A stretch of DNA of 64,000 bases from a virus. The notes under the pieces were generated by a model that was given only the letters and a program-made list of their open reading frames with translations, was not told where the DNA came from and searched no databases. The DNA lies in IMG/VR virus record IMGVR_UViG_3300050821_003907, positions 117,161-181,160 of that record; one strand, given 5' to 3'. Positions 38,329-47,335 of the stretch are shown here, piece by piece; the stretch's first letter is position 1; each line of letters opens with the position of its first letter. The position numbers and the translations under genes are program-made.

Positions 38329-39663
38329 TTACCTCCCCATCATCTTGTTCAGGCGGTCCTGCGCAGTCTCCTGACTGGCAGGTTCAGGAACGGGTTTAGC
38401 CGGTCCCGGCTCTGTAACGGGCTCAGACGGCTTGGACACCTCAGCCTTGGGCGTGGCCGCGCGTGAGCGCTTCAGCCCGTCAGCGTTGGCCTTGGGGTCG
38501 TCTGCAAGCCCTAGCTCAATCTCCCACTGCTCAGGCTCATCGCTGGTAACCTCTGGCTCGGGATACTTTGCCTTGAGCAGCGCGTTCGCAGCGGGAACGA
38601 CATCATCACGGAATCGCACGCGCACGGTCTTGCCCTGGCTGCCGTCCCACTTGGGAGTGGAGTCACAGTCAGCCGCGCGGTGCATCAGGTCAACCAGTCC
38701 CTTGCTCGTCAGCCCGTCGTAGACCTCACCAGCGTGCGGCATGGTCAGCAGCCCGTCAAACAGGGTCTTGACTGGCAGGTGCTTCGCGCCCTTGTTAGCC
38801 CGGAACACATCGGCCATGTCCAGTAGCGCCTGCTCACGCGGGGTGAGCACCGGACGGTCAGACTCATCTAGCGCCAGTTCCTCGAACGCCATGAGGCACC
38901 GAACCGGCCACTCGCCGCCAGCAGCAGCGGCAACGGCAAAGAGAGGCATGAACACCTCAGCCTTACGGTTGACCAGCTTGGGGTGCATGCGACGGCTAGG
39001 CGTGTTACGCGCCCAGTTCTTAAGGTCGTCCTTAGTGGACCGCACCCAACGGTGCAGAGACTTACTGTACGCCTCACCAAGTACGATAGTGTCATCCGCT
39101 CCCGTGGGGCGAAGGTCCATTGAACCAGGCTTAGGGTCCATGTCGATGACGATGCACCGCGAGAGAAGGTCACTGGGAACAGCGTTACCCAGTCCCGCGA
39201 GGAAACACATGCCGTAAATGCTCACTAGGTTAGCGTTATGGCCAGAACTGAACAGGTGGGTTGCGTTATTCCGGTAACCACGCAAGAACGGGTCATACAG
39301 CGGATGCGATTGACCACCAAGACCATTACGGCCAAAGATGTGGTGAATCTCATCCTTAACGACGGACAGTGCAGGCTTACCGTCATTGTTGATGTACGCA
39401 CTCGACAGACCGGGAGTAGTGCCAGAGCCATCAAGGGGGTTGCCCGCTAGAAGCTTGGCGATGTCTAGCGCCGTAGTCTTACCACTCTGAGCCGAACGCC
39501 CACGGAACATAACACGGGGAACCGCCGTGAACGCATCGCACGCATGGCTAACAGCCAACGCAAGCGTAAAGGCGTCCAACTTAGCCGGGGAAGCGTAAAG
39601 AATTTCTGACACGAAACCGTGAACTTCGTCCAGAACAGTGCTATCAAAAGTAACGTCCGTCAT
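38329..39663 (-). CDS. P-loop ATPase, DUF3631-like (primase-associated type)
   Basis: Walker A GRSAQSGKTT, Walker B VVKDE, LLSRCIVIDM, NRKAEVFMPLFAVA...GGEWP. Confidence 0.72.
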   Translation of the reverse strand: MTDVTFDSTVLDEVHGFVSEILYASPAKLDAFTLALAVSHACDAFTAVPRVMFRGRSAQSGKTTALDIAKLLAGNPLDGSGTTPGLSSAYINNDGKPALSVVKDEIHHIFGRNGLGGQSHPLYDPFLRGYRNNATHLFSSGHNANLVSIYGMCFLAGLGNAVPSDLLSRCIVIDMDPKPGSMDLRPTGADDTIVLGEAYSKSLHRWVRSTKDDLKNWARNTPSRRMHPKLVNRKAEVFMPLFAVAAAAGGEWPVRCLMAFEELALDESDRPVLTPREQALLDMADVFRANKGAKHLPVKTLFDGLLTMPHAGEVYDGLTSKGLVDLMHRAADCDSTPKWDGSQGKTVRVRFRDDVVPAANALLKAKYPEPEVTSDEPEQWEIELGLADDPKANADGLKRSRAATPKAEVSKPSEPVTEPGPAKPVPEPASQETAQDRLNKMMGR

Positions 39664-39688
39664 TTCAGCTCCAACCTAATCGACGGGT

Positions 39689-40294
39689 TTAACGAAAGTG
39701 CGCCAATGGGCGACTAGCTAGGTACGCCTCCAACAGCGGGATGCGCATTGCAATGCTTACCCTGATTCGTTCGTACTCCGGTAGGAATCGGAGATTGCAG
39801 GCTTCGCAAGTGAATCCCCTGAAACATTTAACGCACCCCCTATTGTCATGGTTGCATTCGTTAATATGTGCGTGGTCTAGGTGCACACCTCTATAAGAGA
39901 ACCAGTCAACCGACTCAGCACACACTGCGCACACTGAACCGCTTTCGGCAAAGGCTGCGTAGATGCCTAGCTCATCTTTATTCGTCATGTTGAGTGCTTT
40001 ACGCGCTGAGAAACAGCGCATGCAAAACGGGTGGTATTGGTCGCGCAATCCATCTTTAGACTTCTGACGAAAAGCAACCGGTGTTATCTCGCACTCTAGG
40101 CAAAGGTGGTTAGCTTGACGAGTAATGCGGGTGGCTCCCCAACACACTTTGCATTGAGAAACTTCACCTTTAAGGAACTTATAGTACCCTACCGCTTTTT
40201 CATCTCCGCAATCACACCGCGTGAGAATCATTTTCTGTGGGCGCTTACCCGTGTGGATGAGGTAGGGTTCGCCAATAGCAACGCGATTACCCAT
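39689..40294 (-). CDS. endonuclease VII-like (His-Me finger) nuclease
   Basis: CAVC...VHLDHAH...C...RGFTCEACN; N-terminal RCDCG module. Confidence 0.8.
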   Translation of the reverse strand: MGNRVAIGEPYLIHTGKRPQKMILTRCDCGDEKAVGYYKFLKGEVSQCKVCWGATRITRQANHLCLECEITPVAFRQKSKDGLRDQYHPFCMRCFSARKALNMTNKDELGIYAAFAESGSVCAVCAESVDWFSYRGVHLDHAHINECNHDNRGCVKCFRGFTCEACNLRFLPEYERIRVSIAMRIPLLEAYLASRPLAHFR

Positions 40295-40321
40295 CTGTAA
40301 CCTCCAACCTCACGGACGCGC

Positions 40322-40474
40322 TTATCGTTGGCGCGTTGTCCTGTACATCATGTACAGGCAAAGCATTTCCGGTAGCAAGAACGCTACCGACCATGCGTGA
40401 ATGAACGGTGCACTGGCAATAAGCGCGACCATGGACACAGCCAGGCCGACGAACCACCATACGGGTGCTTTCAT
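40322..40474 (-). CDS. small membrane protein, 50 aa (not in ORF track)
   Basis: Hand-translated MKAPVWWFVG...FLLPEMLCL; paralog of its neighbour. Confidence 0.55.
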   Translation of the reverse strand: MKAPVWWFVGLAVSMVALIASAPFIHAWSVAFLLPEMLCLYMMYRTTRQR

Positions 40475-40635
40475 TGGCACTTCCTCATTACCATGCTGTA
40501 ACGGGCAAGGCAGAAGAACTCAGGCACGAGGAAAGGCGTGCCCCAGATATGGGGATGGAAAGCAAAGTCCACGGCAAAGATTCCGGCAATGCAGAGCATC
40601 GCGCCTGCAAACCAGAACATGGCTTCCCTGCTCAT
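40471..40635 (-). CDS. small membrane protein, 54 aa (not in ORF track)
   Basis: Hand-translated MSREAMFWFAG...FLVPEFFCL; GAGGGG RBS. Confidence 0.55.
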   Translation of the reverse strand: MSREAMFWFAGAMLCIAGIFAVDFAFHPHIWGTPFLVPEFFCLARYSMVMRKCQ

Positions 40636-40799
40636 CAACGTCCCCCTCTTAAAGTCTATTGGCCGCAGGCCGGGGCGGCGTTGTCGCCGCTCCCAGCCTG
40701 CAATTTGCTTATTCAGTTGTTTCTGAGTGCAGAGTGTTTGCTAACCGCATCAAGTACGGAGTCAACTCTAACTGCATCTATTTGTTTTATGCGAGACTA

Positions 40800-41003
40800 C
40801 TAGTCCCTGTTCCTGATGGTCTTAACCGGGTAGGTCCCCCGGCCATCGTTGCGGAAGCGTCGGACGGCGGTCACGACGATGGGAGTGTCCTCGCCAGCGG
40901 CAGCCTGAGCAGCGGCGGCAGCGCTGAAAGCGCCGTCAGCCTCAACCTCAACGGTGTCGGTGGAAAGAACCTTGAAATCAACCTCGTAGCGGTTGGCAGC
41001 CAT
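40800..41003 (-). CDS. hypothetical protein
   Basis: Start moved to MAANRY at 41003 (GAAAGG RBS). Confidence 0.6.
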   Translation of the reverse strand: MAANRYEVDFKVLSTDTVEVEADGAFSAAAAAQAAAGEDTPIVVTAVRRFRNDGRGTYPVKTIRNRD

Positions 41004-41094
41004 TTTACGGCCTTTCTGTTTGGGTACATGAACGTTCACGTCTGCTTATTCCGTTATTATTCACTTGTACTACTCCCGCTTCCCAGCGGGAAGC

Positions 41095-41307
41095 CTATCC
41101 GCTGAAGCCAGCGGACTCCATGAAACGCTCACGGTCGAACGAGTCATTATCGAAAGCGAAGTACGCAGCGAAGTCCTCAGCAACCCGCTTGAGCGCTACC
41201 GCGCCGCGCGTGTCAAAGGTCGTGTGACCCACGATGTCGCGTTGCTCCCGCTCAACCTGCGTTCGCAGGATGCGCGCCACGTCCTGAAACTGCTTTCTCG
41301 TATACAT
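41095..41307 (-). CDS. small conserved phage protein
   Basis: MYTRKQFQDVA...DNDSFDRERFMES pattern. Confidence 0.65.
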   Translation of the reverse strand: MYTRKQFQDVARILRTQVEREQRDIVGHTTFDTRGAVALKRVAEDFAAYFAFDNDSFDRERFMESAGFSG

Positions 41308-41464
41308 TTAAGTGACCTTCCAGTCGTCATAGTGAATCCAGAAGTCCAGTACGCAACCGCGTACCCGAACCCAGCCGATTTCGTTGGTCTCTGGCTCATC
41401 ATCTGACAGGCACACTCTCGTCCCTCCATCTGTTACAACCACGCGGGGCACCGGGGTATTCCGG

Positions 41465-43159
41465 CTAGCCGCGCTTGCTGTAGTCGTTACCGTCAGCGCG
41501 AGCCAGGACTTCCGACGCGATGTCGTCGGCAATCTGCTCAAGCTCGTCTTGGGTCATCGGCTTGTCACTGCCACGACGGTTACCGGGGTAAGGCAGGTCA
41601 GGCATGGGCTTGGCAGGCCGCATCACGAGCTTGATACCGGCTCGCCGCCAGTTGGCTAGACTGTCACTGGTGATGCTTCCCTTACCTTCACTCTGAAGGG
41701 ACACGCGGTCACCCTCAACCACGATGACAGTGCTAACGCCCTTTGGCCACTCCCGGATGTCCAGCCTTACGCGGTCTCCCACCATAGGCTCATACACGTT
41801 CGGAAGTACCTCAACCGTAAACGTGATGTCGTCATCAGGCAGGCAACCAGACTCACCGCACCAGGACTGGCACGCGCAACCCCACGATTCCCCGCACGTA
41901 AGCTCAAGGAACTCGCCATACGACAATTCTCCTGCCTTGAATGCGGCGTGAGCAGCCTCCTTTTCATCCGGTGAGCAAATCGCGGGCGAGTACGCGGCGT
42001 TACTGTCGTCATCCTCAACGCGGTCCAGTAGCGCGCGGTCCTGCGCTAGCATGCGTCGCATCCATTCCGGCTGCCATCCGCCATCGTCATCATCGTAGTT
42101 ACGCGCGGGAACCTTGCTACCAGCAGGAGTGAAGCACGAGCATTCAGAAGCGGTCATGTAGCAGTCCTGGCAGGAGTCGCACGCGGCGCACAGCAGCGTA
42201 ACGATGTCTACCCTAGGCTGACCGCAAAGGCAGCAAATGACGTTCTCGCGCTCTGACGCGCCCTCTTCAGCATCACGGAACTGCGTGCCAAGGCCGCACG
42301 TGTCAGGCGCACCAGACGCCCAACTGCCCTCATTAGACGACCACGTGCCATCTTCCTTTCGCGTCCACTCACCACTCTGGTAATCCCACGTAGCGCCGGT
42401 GTAGGCACTACGACGGGGCACGATGTAGCCGGTGTTGCTGTGCCATGCCCCGTCACGGGTCCAGATACCCGCATCCTCGTTGTAAATCTTGTACTCCCAC
42501 GGCGCACCGGCAGCACGAGCAGCAGGCGACATCGCGTCAGGATTCACGGTGATGATGGCGACCTTGTTGCCACCGCCAAGGTAACTCTCGATTTTCCTGG
42601 TTCCGCGCTTGGACCACAAGCTAGCAGGCTGATGAAACTTCGCCTTGATAAGGTCACTCGGGTCAGTGACCTTCACGATTCCCTTGAGGATATCCGGCAT
42701 TAGCACTTCCGCGAAGATTCGCGTGTCACTACGCCAGTCACCCGCGTGCGGCGAGAAAAAGACACCGTTATGACCTAGAACAGTCTTGGGGTCAGCGCCC
42801 GCACCGCTCCAGTTCACGTCAAACGGGTGACACCCGCGCGTGTCCTCAACACCGCCAGTAGCGAAACGGCTGTGGAACATAGCCGGGCCAGTCGGGTTTT
42901 CCTTCCGCAAGGCGCAAAAGCGCAGCGCAAGGTCGTAACAGGCATCGACATTAATCACGGTCTGCATGTAATGCGTGCCGGGCGTTGCCTTAGACTCGCG
43001 CTTTTCCTGCTCCTTGACGCCAATGGCCTTTTCAACCACAAGCGTGCCATCATCAAGGACTAGCGCGAATCCGCAACCATCGGGGTTCGACTGAATTCCT
43101 TCCGAAAGCTCATCGTAATCAGGCTGGACATTCGGCGGGAAAAAACTCAAAAGGCACGT
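41465..43159 (-). CDS. class II (Ntn) glutamine amidotransferase with Cys-rich and repeat C-terminus; probable ACG start
   Basis: In-frame ACG-TGC gives (M)CLLSFFP...NPDGCGF...MFHSRFAT.G...HPF...LGHNG...SDTRIF; AAGGAG lies 10 nt upstream of the ACG. Confidence 0.88.
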   Translation of the reverse strand, partial: TCLLSFFPPNVQPDYDELSEGIQSNPDGCGFALVLDDGTLVVEKAIGVKEQEKRESKATPGTHYMQTVINVDACYDLALRFCALRKENPTGPAMFHSRFATGGVEDTRGCHPFDVNWSGAGADPKTVLGHNGVFFSPHAGDWRSDTRIFAEVLMPDILKGIVKVTDPSDLIKAKFHQPASLWSKRGTRKIESYLGGGNKVAIITVNPDAMSPAARAAGAPWEYKIYNEDAGIWTRDGAWHSNTGYIVPRRSAYTGATWDYQSGEWTRKEDGTWSSNEGSWASGAPDTCGLGTQFRDAEEGASERENVICCLCGQPRVDIVTLLCAACDSCQDCYMTASECSCFTPAGSKVPARNYDDDDGGWQPEWMRRMLAQDRALLDRVEDDDSNAAYSPAICSPDEKEAAHAAFKAGELSYGEFLELTCGESWGCACQSWCGESGCLPDDDITFTVEVLPNVYEPMVGDRVRLDIREWPKGVSTVIVVEGDRVSLQSEGKGSITSDSLANWRRAGIKLVMRPAKPMPDLPYPGNRRGSDKPMTQDELEQIADDIASEVLARADGNDYSKRG

Positions 43160-43396
43160 AGCTACTGCTCTCCTTAATCGGACAAGAGGTTTCCCTCAAT
43201 GTCGTAAACTTTAGCGTCAGGCCCGTACAACTTCAGACCTCTTAAGTAGGAATTGCGGCGCACAGTAGCGCTCACGCGAACCGGCAGGACGCACACGGGG
43301 TCAGCAGCGGGGTCTAGGCTGCCGTGCGGGGGACGGTTGCGTCCCGTGTGCGTCCTGCCAGGTACTCTGTAACGACCCCAACGGGCGGGTTATTCC

Positions 43397-45733
43397 CTAG
43401 AACAGCTCACCCTCAAAGACACCGCTGGCATCCTCAAAGTCCGACATCTCCTGAGAGCTATCGTGCCGTTCGATGAACTCTGCAAACGACATTAGCTCGT
43501 CACTGGTCAACCACTCACGGCGTAGCCGACGACGTTCCTCGCCCTGAACCTCCCGCTTGGTCTCTACCTTCTCTTCCTCCAGTACGACCTTCTCCAGTTC
43601 TGCCAGGTCCGGGTAGGTCTCCCGGTTCTCCAGCAGCCACGCGCGGAACGCCGACCAGTCCCAGCCACCAGCGGCAACGGCCTTAGCCGTGAGCTGACGA
43701 GTGTACTCGACGCTAGCCGCGACGAACCCAACGCGCGCCTTGAACAGGCTAGCCGAGGTAGTAGACGCGAAGATTCGCACCTCCAGGGTACGGCGGTTGC
43801 ACGTGTTGATGGCTGAGTAACGACTGGCTGTCGTGTCGTCAGACTCAAGGTCCGCACGACTACGGTAGCGCTCACCACGCGACTCACGCTCAGCACGAAC
43901 ACGCTGTTTCATCTGGTTAAGCGCGTGCGCCTTTTGCGTCTCACGGTGCCCCTCACGGAATCCCGCCCACTGGTCAGAACTACGACCGGCGATTCGCTCG
44001 GCATGCGCCTGGTTACGGTAGACGAACTTCATCCACCTGAACAGGTGAGCCTCACTGGAGAAACCGTCACGGCTGACGTGAACGTGAATGCCGTTCTCAC
44101 GCTCGCTAACCGACGCGCCCTCTTCCGTAAGCTTCTCGACAATATCGAACGGGAATTCCGCCATTGCCCACGCCCATGTCATGGGGTGAGTGTTCAGCTC
44201 GAATCCCGCGACACTGCCGTCGCTCTTGGGGTAGATAAGTTCCTCGTTCCTCCCAAGGTCCTTAATGACGTCCATCTCTTCAGGAGAGCAATCGGATGTC
44301 ATCTCGACTTCGATGCCGTAGAAGGTGCTCGGCTGAGGGTCATCACTCGCCTTGTAAAAGACGGGCGACGGCTTGTAGTCCCACGAGTGCAGCCCGGCAG
44401 AGTCGGAAGAGTCGTCGTAACGGCTATCGCCGTAACGGTCTGTCCCGTCCTCATCATAGCCATCTGAGTCGTAACCATCAACGTCGAAACCCTCGTCGTT
44501 GTAGCCGTCGCGGTTATAGCCCTCATCGTCGTAGCCAGAGGAGTTGTAGCCATCCTCATCGTAACCCTCGTAATTGAATCCGTACGGGTCGTAACCGTTG
44601 TCGTCGTAACCGATGCCCTCATCGAGGCTATTCCCGTCGTACACCCCTTGGGTGTCAACGAGAGTGAAGTCCCAGCGGTAACGACTGGCACGGCAGTTGA
44701 TGACCAGGACCAGGCCATCGCGCAAGTGCATCAGGGCGCGACCAGAACGCGCGTTCTGGCGCGCCTCTTCCTGCACGCGGGAAAGAATGGCGTAGCCATA
44801 CGTGCCCGCACCATAGAAAGCACGGTCGTACCAGTGACAGATTTGGTCCGCGCGCTCCCCGGTGATGATGTACTGACTGCCCTCCGGGATTACCACGTCA
44901 GGCGGGTCAGGCACAACCGGGCTTTCCTCGCTGGCGGATGACGCAAGCCGCAATCCGCGCTCTTGCCAGCGCGCAAGGTGGTGGTCATGCACAACGCCGT
45001 CACCGTTGCGGACGGTGACAACGGTGCGGTTCTCGTAATCATAGCTAGAAGGGCAACGGTTGCACGCCGTGATTGACTCGATGACCAGCGGCGGCGTGCC
45101 GTAGTAACGATTGTAGCGGTCGTTAACGGTAACGACATCACCAACAACGGGTTCGTAAGGCATTGGTGTCTCCTGTACCTGGTCCGATTCGAGAAAGTCG
45201 CCGAATGATACGCGCGTTCGCGGCTCATGGCCGCGCTCTGATTCTGGCTCAAATGCTATTCGCGTCACGGGCTCGTCAACCACTTGGTAACCGTAGTCAG
45301 TGAGCAGCGTTCGCCAGTACTCTTGGCTAACCTGGCGGTCCACCGGACTAGTCTCGTGCGATTCGAAATGCACCACACCGTGGGCTTCGTCACCAGCCGG
45401 GTAAAGAACGCTGCTACTGGTGCGCGTGACCGTGAACGGCCCGCGACCGTAAGCGGACATAGAGGCAAGCCGGAATTGCATGCCCGATAGCGGACGTTGC
45501 GGAACGTCCGCAGGGCGGAGACCGTAACAGCGCCAGTAATGGAGCTGGTCGCTGAATTCCTCAACCTCACCCGCAGAGTTTCGCCCGCGCAAGGTAACGC
45601 GGACCTGCTCAGGATTAGCAGGGCGCATGCCAACGCTCGTGACGGTGGCGACGCCATTAGGCACGAAACCGGGGCTAACCTCTACCAGGTCACCCACAAC
45701 AGGGGTGTAGGAATTATCACTAACGCGGGGCAT
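43397..45733 (-). CDS. putative amidoligase (COOH-NH2 ligase, GS/GCS-like) with N-terminal repeats
   Basis: FYGIEVEM, KSDGSV.GFELNTHP, GIHVHVS, RYSAIN, TLEVRIF. Confidence 0.88.
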   Translation of the reverse strand: MPRVSDNSYTPVVGDLVEVSPGFVPNGVATVTSVGMRPANPEQVRVTLRGRNSAGEVEEFSDQLHYWRCYGLRPADVPQRPLSGMQFRLASMSAYGRGPFTVTRTSSSVLYPAGDEAHGVVHFESHETSPVDRQVSQEYWRTLLTDYGYQVVDEPVTRIAFEPESERGHEPRTRVSFGDFLESDQVQETPMPYEPVVGDVVTVNDRYNRYYGTPPLVIESITACNRCPSSYDYENRTVVTVRNGDGVVHDHHLARWQERGLRLASSASEESPVVPDPPDVVIPEGSQYIITGERADQICHWYDRAFYGAGTYGYAILSRVQEEARQNARSGRALMHLRDGLVLVINCRASRYRWDFTLVDTQGVYDGNSLDEGIGYDDNGYDPYGFNYEGYDEDGYNSSGYDDEGYNRDGYNDEGFDVDGYDSDGYDEDGTDRYGDSRYDDSSDSAGLHSWDYKPSPVFYKASDDPQPSTFYGIEVEMTSDCSPEEMDVIKDLGRNEELIYPKSDGSVAGFELNTHPMTWAWAMAEFPFDIVEKLTEEGASVSERENGIHVHVSRDGFSSEAHLFRWMKFVYRNQAHAERIAGRSSDQWAGFREGHRETQKAHALNQMKQRVRAERESRGERYRSRADLESDDTTASRYSAINTCNRRTLEVRIFASTTSASLFKARVGFVAASVEYTRQLTAKAVAAGGWDWSAFRAWLLENRETYPDLAELEKVVLEEEKVETKREVQGEERRRLRREWLTSDELMSFAEFIERHDSSQEMSDFEDASGVFEGELF
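44411..44645 (-). repeat. acidic pentapeptide repeat G-[YF]-[DN]-x-[DE] (~12 units) inside the amidoligase
   Basis: GYDDN GYDPY GFNYE GYDED GYNSS GYDDE GYNRD GYNDE GFDVD GYDSD GYDED GTDRY. Confidence 0.9.
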
Positions 45734-46183
45734 CTAGCTTTCCCTCCAGGGAGACGTGTACTTGACGTAATCGCCGTGGTCAATCTTGTTAAAGCCAAAG
45801 TCCTTGTATGGCCGAACGAGGTTTTCGTTGGAGACGTAGCACCATGCATCAACGATGTCCCCGTTACCGGCAGCCTGCACCTTAACCCCACGTCGCCAGT
45901 AAGCGCAACGTGATTCGAAATTGGGGTGGTAACCCTCGTACTGGTCAAGGTAGCGAAGCGCGATGCCGATGTCAGATTCGTGAAAGGAAACCAGGTCACC
46001 AGTAATGGTGCCCGCGTGCCCGTCCTGCACGGGCAGGACGTAGGGAATCCAGCCGCGCTCCCACATTTCGTATCCGTCTAGGTACGCAGTGCCCGTGAAC
46101 AGGCCACGCAAGCCCGTGATGGACCTGCCAGCGCCACCGTGCTGCCTGAGCGTACCGTAAACCCAAAGATGTGTAGTGCGCAT
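45734..46183 (-). CDS. gamma-glutamylcyclotransferase (GGCT/AIG2-like)
   Basis: LWVYGTLR...YLDGY...ITGDLV...LDQYEG...YWRR.V.V...AWCY. Confidence 0.92.
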   Translation of the reverse strand: MRTTHLWVYGTLRQHGGAGRSITGLRGLFTGTAYLDGYEMWERGWIPYVLPVQDGHAGTITGDLVSFHESDIGIALRYLDQYEGYHPNFESRCAYWRRGVKVQAAGNGDIVDAWCYVSNENLVRPYKDFGFNKIDHGDYVKYTSPWRES

Positions 46184-46209
46184 GCTTGGATTCCCCCCCG
46201 TCCGTGATG

Positions 46210-46632
46210 TTACTTAGATGACCTTCGCGTCGTTGTTGCCGTTCGGGTACTGCCAGCCTTAGCAGGCTTGTCTTCCGCAGTAGGCTCTGTAACGCTCTCA
46301 GCGCCATCCTCAGCAGTGCTGTCCTCACCCGTAGGCTCGTCAGCAGCATCGCCGTCCGGCGACTCCACAGGCACCTGCTCAAGCGGCTTGACGATGGCCT
46401 TGGCACGGATGATTACATCACCCTCCGGGGACAGCCCGGTCTTGACCTTAACGCCGTAGCGCCGTCCGGCAGCCTGAATAGACACGCGCTTGGAGTTGGG
46501 GTCACCGGTGAAGTCCACGCCCCTTTCGAGGATGTGCGGCTCACCATTGAACAGCAGCTCGTAATCGTGCTTCTCGTTCTGGCCCTTGCGGGAAATCATG
46601 TCGCTGAATTCGGCGTCAGAAATGGTACGCAT
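46210..46632 (-). CDS. hypothetical protein, possibly DNA-binding
   Basis: HILERGVDF...SIQAAGRRYGVKV plus an acidic/basic low-complexity tail. Confidence 0.65.
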   Translation of the reverse strand: MRTISDAEFSDMISRKGQNEKHDYELLFNGEPHILERGVDFTGDPNSKRVSIQAAGRRYGVKVKTGLSPEGDVIIRAKAIVKPLEQVPVESPDGDAADEPTGEDSTAEDGAESVTEPTAEDKPAKAGSTRTATTTRRSSK

Positions 46633-47113
46633 CGTTAATGCCTTTCGCTCGTTGCTTACTTGGAATTGCGCGGCTTAGTCCAGCCATTACGGCCCCATAC
46701 AGCGCCGCAGCTTTCACATGTGGGAGGGAATTCACGGTAAGAGCGAATTGGGTGCACCCACACTTTATGGAAGTAGAACAATACGCTCTTGGGAACGTGC
46801 TTAGCCACGTTCATATCGCACCCTCCTAATTGCCTCAATCGCTTTCGGCGGCCAATGGTAAAGCCAGCGCAATGCGACCGCGGCATCCCATCTTAGTGAC
46901 GGGCCTGCAAATGGGTCCTTTAGCGCTTCTATCGCCTCATCTTCTGTCAATTAAGTACCTCCTAAAGCTTCCGGGATTTAATGCAGCGAATTCCCTCATT
47001 AGCCACGGGGAAGAACGTGAGGATATTGTGCACAGGCCATGGCAGCCATTTAAACACCGGCTCACGGGTAATGAGGATGTCACCCTCGGAGGGGTATTCC
47101 ACCAGGTGAATTC

Positions 47114-47335
47114 TCACGCGAATTCCCCGCGCGCTACCACGATGGCCAGGTGCGGCCATCCAAGGTCAGCGAGAACCTTGCAGGCGTCATCCCTCATGAT
47201 TTGGCTTGAGTTGCAGTCTTGCAGCACGCGAACAGCGAGCCATTCCGCCGCGTTGTATGACTGCACGTTTTGCTCAAGGTTAGTGGCACTGTCACCGTTC
47301 AGGGCATCACAGTAAGCGGACCATCCAACAGGCAT
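47114..47335 (-). CDS. hypothetical protein
   Basis: TAATG coupling. Confidence 0.55.
   Translation of the reverse strand: MPVGWSAYCDALNGDSATNLEQNVQSYNAAEWLAVRVLQDCNSSQIMRDDACKVLADLGWPHLAIVVARGEFA

Noticed and set aside
43174-43396. Small ORF between the amidoligase and the GATase (...LYGPDAKVYDIEGNLLSD)
   Set aside because: About 40-45 codons with no clear RBS or start; cannot be supported from sequence alone
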